This document shows positions 13,701 through 29,518 of a stretch of DNA of 64,000 bases, in pieces (the first letter of the stretch is position 1; each line of letters starts with the position of its first letter). Made by a program: the position numbers and the translations under genes. The stretch is from Sminthopsis crassicaudata. Taxonomy: Eukaryota. The DNA is taken from assembly GCF_048593235.1 (NCBI RefSeq), contig NC_133621.1, forward strand, positions 113,761,148 to 113,825,147, in the 5' to 3' direction. The notes below the pieces were generated by a model, which worked only from the letters and a program-made list of their open reading frames with translations, ran no database searches and was not told the origin of the DNA.

Positions 13701-15917
13701 AATCCTCCACATAATATGCTGTGGGTCATGCCTCTATTTTAACCATTTCCCAATATCCTAGGATCTAATGTTGAAGGAATGATAAGTCCCCCTAGACTTT
13801 TTTATAATGTACATATATATATTTCTATATGTGTGTATATGTATGTTTGTAATACACATACACACATATTTCATGATGTGAGGCTGCCCTTAGAAAAAGC
13901 ACTTCCATCTTCCTCCTATTAGACAAAATGAAAACTACCAAGGGAAAGGGAAGAGATTTCTGTCCCAAACTACCCACAGTTCCCGCAGTCAGAACATAAA
14001 AGGCCTATCTTAAAAGAAAGAAAGAAAAAAAAAAAAAAAAAAAGCCAGTATTTTGGTTCTTTTGGCAGTTATGTTATTTTAAGTAAAAATATATTTAGGA
14101 TAACCTAGTGGATAACAAACTTGAAGCCTATTACCCTGATGAGTTGTATAAAACAACAATGTAAAATGATTTGAAAATAATTCAAATAAATGGATTACAA
14201 AAGGGAAATAAAGGTAGTATATAGTACAGCATAGTGCATAAAGAGCCACATGCTCTACTCCTGGCATGTACTGTTTGTGACCCTGGGGAAGCCACATAAC
14301 TTCTCAGAACTTCAGGTATCTCCTTACTGTTCAAAATTGCAGGGCAGCTGCTGCCCTACATTGGTAGAAGCACAATTTTGGCCCAAACAAAATAAAAGCA
14401 ATAGAAAGTGAGAAACAAGTGGTCTACAGCTGTGACCTCCGAGATCACCAAGTTCAGCTATAAGCTGTCCTTTACTGAATGCTTGCTGATTAGAGAGTTC
14501 TGGCATGGCTTAAAAATTTACTCTAACATTTCATTTGGTTTTATGTTCTGATGTTGCAACTTGAGGGGCTCAAAGTGCCTCCCCAGATTTTTATCTTGAC
14601 TGGTTCTGTATTTCATAGAACTAGAATGATTCTTGCATAGTTTAATTATCTCCTACAAGGCTGCTCAGCCAATAGATCCAGAGAACCTCAAGAGTTACCA
14701 GTGCTCCAAGTTCTCACAAAAGAATAGCAATTATTTACAATAGACAAATACTAAAATATTGAGATTTCTAAAAAAAGTCAAACAAGCAGGTGAAAGAACA
14801 TTTAAACCCACTGACATGATTATTTGCGATTTGGCAGGTATATTCCAATATGGAAAGAAGCATGTTTCAACAGACTATCACAATTTACTGAGAATATCCC
14901 TTGAAAATGCATAATTCCTTTGTGATGCCATTTTCTTTGTCAATCTTATGATGAATAACTTAATTTTCTTGAGTGGAACTACCTACCAGGAAAGGCATGT
15001 TCCGTGAAGATAACCTTTTCCAACTGTTATTAATGGTATAGTAAAAGTAAATTAGTACTGTAGAATAAACCATAAAAGCTTTATAGTTTTGAATAATGAG
15101 CATTGTTTTTTCTGAATCGAATCATCTTGAGCATATAAAGAGTTTCAAAACCTATGACACAAAAGAAACCTAAAACATGGTATTATAATTCTCAGGCTGT
15201 CAGAGATTTCTGAGATTATGGAAATTTACAAGTTTTCAAAATTTACATTCTTGATGCCAATAATAGATCACACAAGTGCCATAGGTGAAAGAACTACTAT
15301 GAAAGCCAAAAAATTGTACTCCCTACTCTTTGGCCTCAAGGGCTCAGAGAACCAAAACTTCTTGGAATGGAATCAATCCACCTTTCTAAATATTTTTCTC
15401 TTTCTTTTAGTATTCCACCTCTTCCTAAATCATAATTCCTAAATGGTACAAAGTTCTGTGAATTTGGATAAAATATAAGTCTGACAAAAATGTCAAGTCA
15501 TGTCCCTAAAAGTATGTTCAATACTTAAGTAAGGAATTTCCCTTGTACTGGGAAGACACAAAATATGGAAGCTTGTATGTTTCTACTTATTTATTGTTGG
15601 TGGTGCTGATAGCCTCGAAGCATCCTCAAAACCAGAAGGTACTTATCTCCTGTCTTTTATTCTAAAAAGCTGTTTACATTCTAGTTTGGGTTTGGAGAGG
15701 AAAACTATATCTGATCAGATGTTTTTTGTTTGTTTTCCCCCCAGTCTGATGGAACCTTAATAAGCTAAGCATAAAGAAAACTTCCAGTAGAGTAAGGCTG
15801 TATCAAATGGGTATATTAGAAAGAACACTAAAAGAAACCTGTGATCTAGTCAGAGACTCTCTGGATATTTCAAAGGTAATCTTAAGCTGTGATAATAGGT
15901 GTTATATGAATAGTATG

Positions 15918-16060
15918 AAAAGCACTTTACATCCATTATCTAATTTGATTTTTATAAAAATCTCATAAAGTAGATAATATGGGTATACTTATTGGTACTT
16001 TACAATATAGAAAACTGAGGCAGAGAGACTTGGTCACACAGTTACTAAGAGTCAGGGTTT
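15918..16060 (-). mobile_element. MIR-type SINE
   Basis: aaagcactttacatccattatc...aaactgaggcagagagacttggtcacacag. Confidence 0.55.
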
Positions 16061-17117
16061 CACAGAATTCCTTTCTCCTCATCTAATTTCCTAACAGGAT
16101 TCAAGGCAAGACCATTCCTTCCTTTTGGAATCTTCTCATCCGAGGAAGAGCTAACTAGAATGATTTAAAAAGGAATTAAGGGCTGATTTGGTATATATAG
16201 TTCTATGTGTTTTGTGGGACTAGTGGTAGGGGGGAAGAGGAGGTTTTGAAATTTAATGATCTGACCTTTCAGCAAAGAAATTATATGGCACATAAAAGGA
16301 GCTAGCAAGAAAATCAAACCAACTAAATTAATAATTGGAACATGATGAGAGAGCACAGTGGAACTGTACCACTTAGGTACCCCAGAGACAGAAGTAGGGC
16401 TTAGAAAAAGGTTTTTCCAGATAAGAGTTATACAAAGCAGCCTGAATAAAGAAGATATCTAACAGTTAAGGAGGATTCTCAATACATCAATAATTCCTTG
16501 CTAAGTAATACTGATGCACAGAGTACCCAATGATGATAAGCGTTTCTCTTGATCCAGCTACCCACAGAGAAATACCACTGTGGAAGGAATATGAAATGAG
16601 AATTTAAAGCCAGATTGAAAGTTAAACATTTACTGATTCTACTAAGTTTGGAAATAAGTATATAACATCTTCTAATTCACTATTATGAATAACAGTGAGA
16701 TCTGGTGCTATGTCTGAGTAAACATAATTAGGATAAATAGTGAAGAAAAAGGATCAGGATGATGCATTTTCCAAGTCTGATGAAAATACAATGCAGAAAA
16801 TATCACCATCATAATTATAAATATCCAGAGGCCTAATTAACCATAGTAAAGAGAAAATGTCTAGAGGAAGATTGAAAAGGTCAAAGAACTAAAAAAATCA
16901 AGTACTTTTCAAGATCTACATCTAGAGGAATAGAAACCTAAGTCTCAAGCATGTGATGGGAAAAGGCTCCCATGTGAATATTTAAGTTCGGAAGAAACCT
17001 TGTAATGTCAAAAAAGCACAAGCTTGGGGGGGAAAAACTCACTGTATGAGAGCCAGTCAAGTGATCCCCACTAAGGGTGCACAATGACCTTTGTCTCTCC
17101 CTTCTCTCAGGTTTTCA

Positions 17118-17276
<159 letters not shown>

Positions 17277-18212
17277 TTAAAAAGAAATTTAGACAATGAG
17301 TAAGATGCTTGAAGCAGGCACAACTTCTCCTTATCTCTTCTCTTCTAGCTTTCCCTGAGGCTACAAAGACACAGCTACTTTTTTTTTTTTTTTTTTTTAA
17401 TATTTAGGGTGTTCCCTCCAAGTTGAAATTTCAAAGATCTACTGAGTTATGCATGAAACTGTCAGCATTTCTATGTCATGTAGTTTTAATACAAGGAAGA
17501 AGTTACAGGGATTAAATCAAGGAAAATGAGGACTGCTCTTTTTGTGTTCCTTCCAAAACTTAAAATTCTTTTTCTTTTTTTTTGAGGAGTTTGGGAGACA
17601 ATCGATTTAGCTCCTTTCTCTCCCACTATGAACAACTCTGCTTTAATGTTGCTATGAAGAAAGGGTCATTGATGTAGAATTGGAAGGGACCTCAAAGGGT
17701 CTCTCACTTTAAACTGGGGAATGTGAGATCCAGGGACATCCAATGCCTTCTTAAATTCACAGATGTTGTAAATTGTTGGGATTTAAATACAACTTTTCTT
17801 ACTTTAGAGTAAGTGCTTTAATATACTGTTTGCCTCTCTCACTGGGGCTAATTGAGAAGGAACTCTATGGCGATGGTTGGACATGAATGAAGTAGGGGTG
17901 CAAAAGGAGAGGTGCAGGTTTAAATTCTGGATACCCAAAATGATCCTCCTCCTTTATTGGGGTTATCACTCAAAGAAATAATTTAATGAACTCTAAAAAA
18001 GCACCTGAATGTATTTCTCTTTCTGAGACTGTCTAAACTGAAGTACTACAGAGTCAGTTTTTACCAGAGCCACACCTTGGAATATACCCTCCAGGGAGGC
18101 TGGAAAATTAATAAGATACTGATTCTGGGAGACCTTTATCTCTGACGTATATTTTTTAGTTTGCCTAGAATATTTTTATTAAGTTTCACTGTTTTTGATT
18201 CCTGATATACTA

Positions 18213-18341
<129 letters not shown>

Positions 18342-18614
18342 TTAATCCAAAGGGACAGGAATAGAAAGAGAAAAGAGGGACACACTAATTACACAGCAAC
18401 TTAAAAGTTAATACCAAGTCTCCCTACTTGGTCTTCTTCATATACTTGGATTATTCCTAATACTGAGAATAATATCTTCTCAGTATACATAGCATTTAAA
18501 AAAAAAGGTCTTCAATCATATGGCTGAGCCTTGACTTATAGTAATCAAAATGGTTTACAAACTATTCATCTTTCCCAGATGCCTCCACTTAGATAAGAAC
18601 ACTGTAAAGACAAA

Positions 18615-18930
18615 TTTTAAAGACTTTGAAATTCTGACCAACATAATGACCAACCACAATTTCAGAGGATTCATGATAAAATATGCTACCTATACTTTGT
18701 TAAAGAGCTGATGGACTGAGTATAGACTGAGGCTTTTTTTTTTTGAGGGGGGGAGGCGGCGGCAGGATATAGACAATGCAAGAATTTGCTTTGCTTGATT
18801 ACACATACATATCTGTAGCATGGTTGTTTTGTTTATTTGTTTTTGTTTTGCCTCAATTGGAAAGAGGCTAAAAAGTTGGGAGGGAGAAAATCTGGATCTT
18901 TGTAAAATTTAAATAAAATTATTTTAAACA
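18615..18930 (+). mobile_element. Old marsupial L1 3' end
   Basis: actttgaaattctgaccaacataatgaccaaccacaatttcagagg 3' UTR pattern, A-rich end. Confidence 0.55.
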
Positions 18931-19526
18931 TAAATACATATAGCAGGACAAGAAAGCAACCAATTTGCTCAAAAAGCTAGGACTGAACATGAGAAGGAAA
19001 ATGGCTTTTTATGTCCTGGGTCTGAGTAATCGCTTCTCTGTTCTATTTCTACAGGAATTCTAAATTTTAGCTTAGACTTTCAATGCTATAATCATCATAT
19101 GGTTGAACAGATTAGCCTGGGAAATGCCACATCATCTTTTTTTTTTTTTTTTTAAACTTTCAATCTTAAATATAACTATTTATTTAGCAATAAGGGAAAA
19201 GAAAAAATAACATCACAAAACTCATGAATTAAAACAAATGTAAAATAATAAATACAATTTATCCATAAATCTGGGCCACACTCTCATAACAATGAATTCA
19301 CTTATAGTGGAAAGCAGGCACATTCTTAGAGAAACTTGGTGGAGAAGTAGCACATGTTATCTTAAAGGTTGCTAGCTCTTGTTAGAAGCTGTTAGGGACT
19401 AAGAAACATGGGTACTAAAGAAAATTTCTTTCTTGATCCTAATTAGATCAAAGCCATGTGATTTAGGGGGAAGGGAGAAAAGATGAGAGGTGTCAAGAAG
19501 AATATACAGCTCTTTCTCAATGCTTA

Positions 19527-19616
<90 letters not shown>

Positions 19617-20075
19617 CTAAAGAGAAGTGAAAAGAAAATCACTCACAGAGGTAGTTTCTCAAAATCTTGGCAAGATGCTGGAAGCCCTCTACGACCACCC
19701 CTACGAATGTCACTGAAAAGATCCATGCTTGGGGGAGGAAAAAGAAAACAAAGAGATGAATGCTGCTTCAGAAACACCTCTGCAGCCTCTTGCCTCACAC
19801 ATTCATATATACAAAAACACCCACACTCACGAACTGCATTCAAAACACAAGCTAAAAGAACATCACAAACAGTGAGACAAGAACAAGTCAGAAAATCAAG
19901 ATAAGAGAAGATGGTAAATTGAAAAGAAAAAAATGACAAACTGTGTTCTAATTAAATGGCCTTCAAAATAACATTCCAGAATTAAAGATGGAAATAGAGG
20001 AATTCTCTGACCCACATCTAGACCTTCCCTAATGTGTGTGATCAAGACAAATGTTTAGATGAATACATTTAATCA

Positions 20076-20186
<111 letters not shown>

Positions 20187-20374
20187 CTAATTAGGTATTA
20201 GAACAACTTGCTGACTACCTTATTTGTTCCTTTATGCCATTGTCTCAATTTGCACTGTTGCTGTTCTTTGTAAAATTCAGAAAGGAAATCAAGTTTTTAA
20301 CAGCTCCAGAAAAAAAAAAAAATTAAAGTCTCAGAGAGAGGTGTCCCCTTAAAAACTTATCTAAGGTATCAAAT

Positions 20375-20710
20375 GATGAAGAGGATTACATCAGAAAAAC
20401 CAGGGAAAACTTACATAAACTGATGCAGAGTGAAGTGAGTAGTAGAACCAGGACAATAATTTGTACAATTAATAACAATGTAAAGACAAACTGCTTTGAG
20501 AGATTTGAGAACTCTGATCAACTCAAGGATCAAATCCAATTTCAAAAGACTAATGATACCATACTCTATCTTCCTCCTGACAGAAAAGCAATGACTTCAG
20601 GGTACAGATATAGACATATTTTTAAAACATGACCAATGCAGAAATTTGTTTTGCTTACCAATGCATATTTGACAGTGCTTTGTTTTTCTTGCTTTCTCAG
20701 TGAGGGAGGG
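20375..20710 (+). mobile_element. Old marsupial L1 3' end
   Basis: gaaaacttacataaactgatgcagagtgaagtgagtag..agaaccagg (L1 ORF2 end / 3' UTR). Confidence 0.65.
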
Positions 20711-23070
20711 AAACAAATAAGCTTTTATATAGCACCTACTATGCTAAGCACATATAATCTCATTTGACAATGGGAAAGGGGAGAAGTCATGCCTTTATCC
20801 TATAGCATTCAACATAAATACTCTGTATATTGTAGATGCTAATTAAGTATACAGGATAAGAATTAGTATCCTAATAAAGAGAAATTAGTTGGTCTGTGAC
20901 AGTATTCATGTAAGAACATGGTGGTTCTCAGTGTTAGTCATCAGCAAGCAAAATTTTAAAAAATCACTGATGAGCTTACCTTTCTCACTCAGATGTTGGT
21001 GATCCCATTACAGAACCCCCCAAAATTACTAAAAGGTAGAATAGGAAAAATAATACCACTGGGATCTTGGAGTGTGATTGGCATCCAGCTCCCAATAGAC
21101 TTTGCTTATTCAGTTCAGACTTTGTGTTCTTATAGAGTCAATGTCTCAAGGTCAGAGGAAAAGGCAGCAAAGACTATGGTCAGGAAGAGCTTACCTGAAA
21201 GGTTACACTTGCTGGGTGAATGCTTCTTCCTGAACTTTTCCCTAGCTTAGCTTATCCTTGGGCCCTCTATAAGTACCCAATTCATGGTTTACTTTTTAAC
21301 TGAAAAACCACTTCAGGCCTCTCTGCAGCTATGGAAGGCAAATCCTCACACATACTCCTTAATGAAACTCAAAATGTTCCAAAACCTCAGCTGTCACTGG
21401 GCACTGGCATCCTTTGACCACATTAAAGGAGACCATTTCTGGAATGTTTTGGATACAAAGTCAGTCACATAGGCTTCCTTTCATGGAGCCCACAGCCAAT
21501 GTGCAGTCCTAGGCCTAAAAGTTCTTCAATCTCACTTGGGCTGTACCTTGGAGCACAACACAACTCCCTTGCCTTATCTTTCCATTATCTGTAGGAATTT
21601 TCTTTAGAAAAACTTCCTTTTTTGGCAGCAAAATGTTCTTTACTAAGCCTGTAACAGATAAATTACCTACTAAGCATTTAAACCGACAGCTATGACCATT
21701 GAGTAATCTAAAAGCCTAGCCTTGTGCTCAGCAATCTCTCAACTAATTTGATCAATAAAAGCAAACAGGAAGTGATGACAACTACATAATAGCACTGGTA
21801 TTCAATAATCACACTGCCAGAAACACTTTGAAGCAACATGTTACCCTTAAGCTCTATGTAACTAAATTTTCAGAACTCACTGCTAAGAGTCTGGAAGGTA
21901 AAGAAACCTTGGTAGATGCTTGCTTATTGGGTATGCAGTCCATTTGTCCATTCTTCCCTTTTCCACCAACTGTGTGACGTCCCAACACAGATATGTTGGA
22001 AACCATCTGGCAAAACAATTTTCTAAATCAAACAACACTAAGTAACAATTTAAAAGCTTCATATAGGGCATTATTAAGCTTTTTTGCTAAATTTAGGTGA
22101 GAGAGTCAAGAAGAAGGTGTAAGGAAAAAAGGAGTCATATTAGTATCTATACAAGTTCTTCTGGATGGTCAGCCTTTATCATTCTAATATTTTATTTCCT
22201 CCAAATTTTATTCAATATGAAGAAATGTATAGTTTTCATTATAGATGTTGACTATATCCATAACCAAAACAGCTCTAAATTGTGTTTTGTTGTTGACCCA
22301 ATATCAGGGAGAGTACCATTTGATCTGTATATGTCCCTGTTACCTTTATTCCATGTAAATCAGGCAGGTTGCTCACCAAGGCAAGCCAAAACAATTTCTT
22401 CAAAGCACAGCAGGCACAATCTCAAGGGTCAGGTGAAAATATTCTAAACATACTGCACTTCCTTATTGATGAGGTATTAATATAAGTGTCTCTATGCAGA
22501 CTGATAGAAATCTCAGAGCCAGGAAACATCCAGGACTATATGGCCTTCACAACATGGAAATTGGGCACATTCTCCCCTGCCAACTCAGGGGAGCTTTGGC
22601 ATATGGACATCATTCTTAACTAGTACCATTTCTCCCTCTTTAAAAAAAAAGTTTGTAGGTGGCAATTTGATTCTTCTTCGATCCCAATATCTTGGCTGCT
22701 GCTGCTGTTGCTGCTGCTATAGATATTGTTAAAGCTAGAAAGCCATAATACTTTCTAATTGCCACTGAAAATTACTATGCATCCAATGAAAGTTGTCAGA
22801 TAGCCACAGATGACTGTTATATGATCATGAAGAGCTAGTTTAAGGGCTAGAAGCACTTGTTATTATAGATTTCTAGCAAAAAGATTGTTTCCTCAAACTG
22901 GTTTCAGTCACTTAATTCACAGAAGATGGGAGCACCAACTACTGAGCAATGAACTAGACATTTTTCTAAATAACACATAACTTTAGTAATCACAAATCTT
23001 AGTTATTAAATGCTAGGCATGAAATACTTTTAATTCCAGAGCCTAATCTGACCTTCACCCACAGTATTTA

Positions 23071-23280
<210 letters not shown>

Positions 23281-24094
23281 CTACTGAGACAGACACTGCA
23301 CTGGGCTCAATTCTAAGGGAGTCCCACTTTGGCCCTTTTTGCTGCATTTTATTACTCTCTTCTTCCAATAGTATTCATAGACAGGGAAGATGTCTTAGTC
23401 ATTTGTGTATGTGCCTTAAGTATCTGACGCAACGTTTTACAACAAACGTTTAATGAATGAGGGAATTCATAATCAGAAGACCAAAGGGAACAAGAAACTT
23501 ATTCAAGATAACAAAATGAATCAAAAAGAATAAAGATTTCCAATGCCACAACAATATATCATCCCTAGGATCATACTGTCCTTTTTAACTAGCATGGAGT
23601 GACTTTGACTTTTACAGGCTCTAAAAAGTGGGAATTTTTTGATAAGCTGTGATACCATTTTAAAGTTATTGCTTTACAGCTTTTGTTTCAGATTCTGCAC
23701 TTTAACAACTGAAATACAATGAGCAGAAGAGACTCTAACGTCACTGCAAGAGTTAGTGGTCTTTTGAGGAATAAAAAATAGGAACTCTGATTCCTAATTT
23801 ATTGAGGGGGATTTTATTCTGGCCTCAGACCTTAACTAGGCACCTACAGTCAAGTTACTTTACTTCTTGGAATATTATCTGTAAAATTGGGCCAATAATA
23901 TTTAAATTCCTTAAACTTCAGCACCAAATGGCTGAAACACACTGTAGTGGTATTTTCTAGAAATATAACACAAAGTCAACCAATAATTGTGAAAAGAAGC
24001 CCAAGGAAGAAAATGTTCTATCAAGTAGGAACAGTGAGAATGATTTTCTCTTTTTCTGACTTATATCATCAAATCTAAAAACAGGAGTCTGAAT

Positions 24095-24895
24095 AGTCAA
24101 TTAGTCAGTGAGCATTTATTCAGTGCATACAGTGTAGCAGGCACAGTGCTAAGTAGTGAGGACAAAAAGAAAGGCAAAAACACAATCCCTGCCCTTAAGG
24201 AAACAATATGCAATATATATTTATACTATTAGATACAAGAAGCTTAAATAGAAAATTATCTCAGAGAGAAGAGTATAAAAATAGGGAAACGGCCTGGAAA
24301 TGGCTCTTGCAAAAGGTAGGGTTTCAACAGTCTTAAAGGAAATCAGGAAAGTGGATAGTGGGATATGAGGAGGGACAGCATTCCAAGTTTCAAGAACAGT
24401 TAGTGAAAAGGTATTGGGTTCAAGAGAAAATGATGTGTATAAGGATCAGTTAAAAGGCCAAAAGCTTGATTACAGTGTATATGGAAGGGAGCAGAGTAGA
24501 AGAGAAAGGACCAAGAAATCATGTTGGTAAGGGCTTCTGATGTGGAAGAGAGCACTTTTCATTTGATCTTGATGGTCATTAGGAACCACTACTGGAATTT
24601 ACTGAGTAAAGGGTGAGATGGTTAGACCTGTACTTTATAAAAACCATTTTGGCAGACTTGTGGGTATAAGTATCTGTACCTAGGGAATGACTATATAAGC
24701 AGAGAGAAGGGGAAATGCTGTGAAGGTAGGAATGGTAAGATCTGACAATCCATTTGGATACAAGGGGGAAGAGTGCAAGTGAGGAGTTGAGGATGACACA
24801 GCTTGAAATCTGGGTGACTGGGAGATAACGTGCTCTTAACAATAACAAGAACATTAGGAAGAGGGGACAGTTTCAAAGGAAAGATCAGCTCGACC
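24095..24895 (-). mobile_element. L2 LINE 3' fragment
   Basis: agtcaattagtcagtgagcatttattcagtgc tail; ggttagacctgtacttt, gaggagttgaggatgac L2 body motifs. Confidence 0.8.
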
Positions 24896-25241
24896 AATGT
24901 GGTTCTAAGGGTAAAATAAAAATAAAAACTTATTACAATCAAATTATGCTACAATTTCCAGCATGGGAGGGAGAACTTATATTTATGTCATACTTTATGA
25001 CTTACAAAGTACTTTCTTCACAATAATCTTGTAAGGTAAGTACTATTACTTTTTCAATGAGGCAACTAGCTTATTGAAATTCAAAAATTTGCCTGAAGTT
25101 ACAAACACATATACGAGAGACCTAGGACTTGAACTAGGGTATTCTAACCTACAATATTCTTTCCATTATAGCACACTATGTTGGTTAAAAAAAATGATGA
25201 ATCTAGGCTATATAAAGCAAATGTTTCCATGATGCTTCTTA

Positions 25242-25373
<132 letters not shown>

Positions 25374-25719
25374 TTATACTATTCAATTTGTTGATAGGCT
25401 TATGGTTACACTTGTTCCTCTGGGTCTCATTCTAGAATCTGACTTATTTACTAACTGACTTTTCAATTCTTCAGGTTTATTACAAAAATCACCCTAAATA
25501 TATGCAATCAATGACTTGCAGTCAATGCTAAAAATTTGCAAAAAAAATCTCTAATGATTACACTGGAATGAATTTATGAATGGTATAATGGATTAGAGTT
25601 ATATTTCTCACAGCAAAATGATCTTCCCATATGGCATTCTCTATATATCAAGACCAAATCAAAAGTCCAAATGATAAATTTCTTGCACTCAAAAGGGTTA
25701 GGTCAAAATGCCTAATTAG

Positions 25720-26070
25720 GAGTTGACATGCAAGATATGTCCGGATCTACAATGAAGGCACTTAACTGAATTTAAAAAGTTTACATCACCTGGGCATTAG
25801 AAGAAGTGAGCAATGTGATTGTGTCAATGTCAATGGTAATTGAAAGTATAGAGAGAATGCAAGAATAAATATTCTGAATTTCTGGGGGGAAAAAAAAAAA
25901 AAGATAGGCCAGCTGAATTTGATTTCAATTTCTGAGAAAACTGTAAAATGTATTGCTAAAGAGATGGTTGGTGAACATAAGTGTAGGTAATATGAGACAA
26001 ATCTTTTTTTTTTTCTGACAAACTTAATATACTAGTAGATAAGGGGAATTATATAGATGTAGTTTATTTA
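25720..26070 (+). mobile_element. CR1/L3 RT-region relic
   Basis: attgctaaagagatggttggtgaac...actagtagataaggggaat...gatgtagtttat resembles CR1 RT. Confidence 0.55.
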
Positions 26071-26694
26071 GTTTTTTTTTTTAATATTAAACTTTTGTTA
26101 TTCTGAATTTGACAAAACACTAACAAAACTTTCCTATTACTCTTGAGAATAGTGAAACAAATGGAAACACTGGATTACAGATTCCTACCTTTTCCCCTCC
26201 AATTTTCACATTTCCTTGGGTTCACAGAAGGTAGCTGCTGCCTTCCTTAATCATTAATGAATATAACCAATGAGAATGGAATATATTATTTTGGTTATAA
26301 AAATATTTTTAATCACTCTTTAGAAATCTCCAGGATGGTAGAAACCAAGAAAAACCACTAGACCTTGATAGAGCTCAAAGCATCAGATGTAAGACCACAC
26401 TTTTTTGGAGTAAAGCTTTCCCTGACATTATCTTATTCTTTTTCAACTAACCATAGGAATTTTATACAGTTAACAAACATTCTGGTATAAACTTGTGTTT
26501 CTTGTTGGTTGAATTATGGCTTTCTTCCTCTGGAAAAATCCCTTTATTTTTATTTTTCCATTCTTTCCCACAATTGTTAAATTCCCTATTAGTATATGGT
26601 CAGTTAAAATTTCCAAGGCATTCACCCTAAGTCCATAAACTAGAAAAAACTACCTCTCTACTTGGCACAATAAGACAAGAACAGAGATAAACCA

Positions 26695-26732
26695 TACACA
26701 CACACACACACCCACACCCACACCCACACACA
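26695..26732 (+). repeat. (CA)n/(CACACC)n compound repeat
   Basis: acacacacacacacacccacaccccacacccacacacacc. Confidence 0.8.
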
Positions 26733-26823
26733 CCCCGCACTATGCTATCTCTGTAGTAGTCTCTGTTCCTCTGATCTGATCCTGGACTTAACATTCTCTA
26801 TACTCCGAGGCAGGTGAAAACAG

Positions 26824-27052
26824 AGCATAGAAAACTAGGTCTGGAGTTAGGCAGACTTACATTCAAATCCAGATTTTAAATACTTACCAGCTGTGTGACC
26901 ATGGATAAGTCACTGAAACCTGTTCTCCCTCAGTTTCCTCAGTTGTAAAATGAGAATAATAATAATAGCACCTACCTCCCAGAGCTGTTGTGGGGATCAA
27001 ATGAGATAATATTTGTAAAATATTGCTGTGTAAATTCTTATCTTCCCTTCCC
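26824..27052 (+). mobile_element. CORE-SINE (MIR/Ther-1 type)
   Basis: tgtgtgaccatggataagtcac...cctcagtttcctcagttgtaaaatg...cttatcttcccttccc. Confidence 0.75.
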
Positions 27053-27165
27053 TTTTGGTTGCAAACAATGATTAGGTTCAGTAATTTAGGGGTTTCTGAG
27101 TTAATTCACTAATCTTTCCTGGTGGTATGCAGGAGTGCTGTGAAAAATAACCAATGACTATCTTT

Positions 27166-27314
27166 TTTTTTTTCCTCCCCCTGAGGCTGGGGTTAAGTGA
27201 CTTGCCCAGGGTCACACAGCTAGGAAGTGTTAAGTGTCTGAGACCAGATTTGAACTCGGGTCCTCCTGAATTCAGGGCTGGTGCTCTATCCACTGCACCA
27301 CCTACCTGCCCCCC
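27166..27314 (-). mobile_element. WSINE1-like young CORE-SINE with 15-bp TSD
   Basis: Full head to cagcctcagggg poly-A tail; TSD ccaatgactatcttt at 27151-27165 and 27315-27329. Confidence 0.9.
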
Positions 27315-27766
27315 CCAATGACTATCTTTATACACCTCTGTCTCTTTTAGTCAGCATCCAAATGTGCCATTCATCTCTAAGTCTCTAATCTTCTTTAAGC
27401 AGAACAGTCAGGTTACTTTTATAATGGTGGTGGTATTGGTGAATGTTGAAGAGTGAAATGGAAATATCTTGAATGTTTTACACAGAAGTTTCTTTAGGAC
27501 CTATAGAAGTTTACAATGATCAGGCTTTTGGGGGAAGCTGTTTCCATAATATGGAATGTCTGAAATTTGGGAAAACTTTTAATGCCATTGATTAATATAA
27601 ATGCCCTCAAACAAATAATCAATTTCTCTTGTCATCTTTTATTTGAAAAATCTTTTCATCAATATTAATCAAGGCACTTAAGGTTTTTGTAAAATTCTAC
27701 ATTAGAAGAGTCCAACCATAGAAAATTCCCTAAAATCCCTGGAAAAAATTCAGGTAAACTGTCACT

Positions 27767-27995
27767 GATGATAATAGTAATGATAGTTAATTTTGAAATA
27801 GTGCTTTCTATATACCAGATACTGTGCTACGCACTTTACAATTTCCTTCTCTTCTAATTCTCTCAAGAAGCCCAGGAGACTGATGCTAATATGATCCCAT
27901 TTTACAGAGGCAAATAGAGGTTAAGTAACTTTGCCCAGGGTCACACAACTGGATTTGGACCCCAGATCCAGCTCTCCATTTACAATACCACCTAA
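27767..27995 (-). mobile_element. MIR-type SINE
   Basis: cccattttacagagg...ggttaagtaactttgcccagggtcacaca. Confidence 0.7.
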
Positions 27996-28054
27996 TTGTC
28001 TCCCAGCTTTTCTAAAAAGCTCTTAAGGAAAGGAAACCACAAACGACTGGCCTA

Positions 28055-28327
<273 letters not shown>

Positions 28328-29518
28328 CTACAGTGGAGGCAGAAGGTCCTAATACCCCTAGCTACCCCCTGCCCACAGATGGAACCCCGGTGCTAGTATT
28401 TACTCTCTGGCCACTTCCTTCAGTGTCTGCTCAGAGACTTCCTGCCTTTTAAGGTGTTTTCTGCTTTCATATGTCTAGAGAGCAAGGGAATCCAAAGCAT
28501 AGCCATGTTTTCCTCTAATGCTAAAAGGTGTGGCAAAGAAACAAATCAGGGGCAAGTTCCTCCTCCTCCTTCCACACTGCACAGACTGCCCCACAAACAT
28601 GCCTGGAGTTCCCTTTTCCTTTGTCCAGACTGCTCCCCATCCAACTCTATACTTAAATGTTCATTCTCCAGTGAAGGCCTAGCTCAAGGGGTCACCCATA
28701 TTCCTTCCCAATCACATAGCTACAAGTACTAACTTTTCTGGACTTCATTGGCAACTTAATTATACATTTTTTAAGGCTATGTACCACACATCACAACATT
28801 TATCATATTAGTTATTTGGATATTAAATTATCTCACACACTAGATTTTAAATTACTTAAATGTAGGTATTTCCATCTGATTCAATTTTACACAATCAACA
28901 GAGTCCTTATCTGGTGTTGTGAATACAGGTGGGATATACTAACAGAGAACTTAAAACTAGAAGAGGCTTTAGAGATAATAAAGTCAAATCCCTCATTTTA
29001 TAAAGGGAGAGGCAGAGGCCTAGAGCACTGATCTGGCAAGCAGGCCAGATGAGCAGAAAGCTGGGATTAGAATGACGCCCCAATTCCTAAATTCAGGACT
29101 TTTTGCACTTTGCCAAAAGCCTCTAAAGGCTGAAAGAAATAAAGTGCTATAGTTATTAGTGAAGGCAAAACAAAAGGTCAGGTTTTGAAAGGGTTTCCAA
29201 AGTTCACCTCTATCATGCTCCCAGGAATTGAAACCCCAGGGTGTCAGCAATTGAGGGCAAGGGTCAGAAATAAATCTAAGAGCCTAGATTTACTTCATTT
29301 CCCTAGTCTTCCAGGGACAGAAATTTGGAAGTTATGATCAAATATTCATTTTTCAGGTTGATCTCTTAATTAGTGAGGCAGAAATACTGAGTTTTAAATG
29401 AAGGTAAATTATTTATAGGAAAATAGGAATGTACTATTTTGGTGGTTGACTCTCCAGTCTACATCTCTTTCTGGGTAAGGAATCCATAATATTATCTTTT
29501 AAAGAGAAAACATATTTA

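Noticed and set aside
16530-16640. ATGATGA ... CTGA resembling a C/D-box snoRNA
   Set aside because: On the strand opposite to the host transcript, with no terminal stem or D'/C' boxes
22695-22718. Short interrupted CTG repeat
   Set aside because: Eight units, intronic; ordinary microsatellite
27078-27335. 85-aa ORF (GGAVDRAPALNSGGPEFKSGLRHL...)
   Set aside because: Translation of the WSINE1-like SINE
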